A stretch of DNA of 63,616 nt, counting the filler, from Nemertoderma westbladi (lineage: Eukaryota > Animalia > Xenacoelomorpha), in the NCBI GenBank assembly GCA_032718475.1. It is 4 parts of 4 records of this genome, joined end to end, with 100 filler letters (N's around TTAATTAATTAA, not from the genome) between each part and the next. Parts side by side here need not be neighbours in the genome. Positions count along the whole stretch, not along the records: positions 57,627 to 63,616 come from JAUCBJ010008750.1; 3 more parts are not named here. One strand, written 5' to 3'. Within the stretch, counting starts at the first letter, position 1, and each line of letters starts with the position of its first letter. The position numbers were made by a program, and so were the translations under genes. The notes below the pieces were generated by a model. It worked only from the letters and a program-made list of their open reading frames with translations. It was not told the DNA's origin and ran no database searches. This document shows positions 63,100-63,616 of this stretch, piece by piece.

Positions 63100-63616
63100 T
63101 CACTCTCAGTGAGTATAATAGGTATTAAACACACAATATCCTGGAATATGGTGCTTCTTAACTCTGAAACAGAGATCCATAACGTTGCATGTCCGTGGGA
63201 GGGATTAGGAGGATACTTAAACTTAATTTCCAAACAATTGCAACTATTTTTTCTACTATTAAAATTATTTTATCCTTGTGCAGCACATGCAACTTCCGAG
63301 AAAGCTCATATGTCTCCTGCCTCTATATTTCGACTAAATTCAGATGTTCTTACAGATTTGAAATCCTTGAAAGTCAACTTTTTCATCGGAATAAAAAATT
63401 AAGTAAAGGATTAAGAATATAAGCGGTGCTCTATTCCTAGACATTGTGTATTTATGTGTGAGTGTAAAATCACAGTGAATATGTTTAACCACAGTGATTG
63501 AATAATTCTACTGCAACGTCCTTGTTCGCCATTTGTTTCTACTCCGTTTCATTTCCTTTGCCTGTCATTTGAGTGCAAATAATTTGGTGTTCCTCAGAGG
63601 TACAGCACCATCTCAC

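Overview
This is eukaryotic (invertebrate animal) genomic DNA: four contigs joined by 100-bp N spacers that each carry an artificial TTAATTAATTAA linker. It holds three intact single-exon host genes: CEP162 (37302-41030, +), an atypical SLC6 amino-acid transporter (44770-46887, -) and Bicaudal-D (60907-63099, +). The rest is densely nested mobile DNA: BEL/Pao LTR retrotransposons and solo LTRs with 5-bp TSDs, RTE and L2/CR1-type LINE fragments, a tRNA-like SINE, piggyBac-, MULE- and hAT-like non-autonomous TIR elements, a head-to-tail Helitron dimer and a 52-bp satellite. The most interesting object is a BEL/Pao family with copies at 5076-11270 (+) and 14103-21291 (-). It keeps gag and protease but lacks RT, RNase H and the integrase core. 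In the env position it carries a disrupted ~850-codon cargo ORF with a WRN/EXD/mut-7-like DEDDy 3'-5' exonuclease followed by three CCHC-type zinc knuckles. A tandem array of covarying hairpins precedes the cargo, and a conserved RNA structure encloses the PPT. All calls come from reading motifs by eye; no database searches were run.
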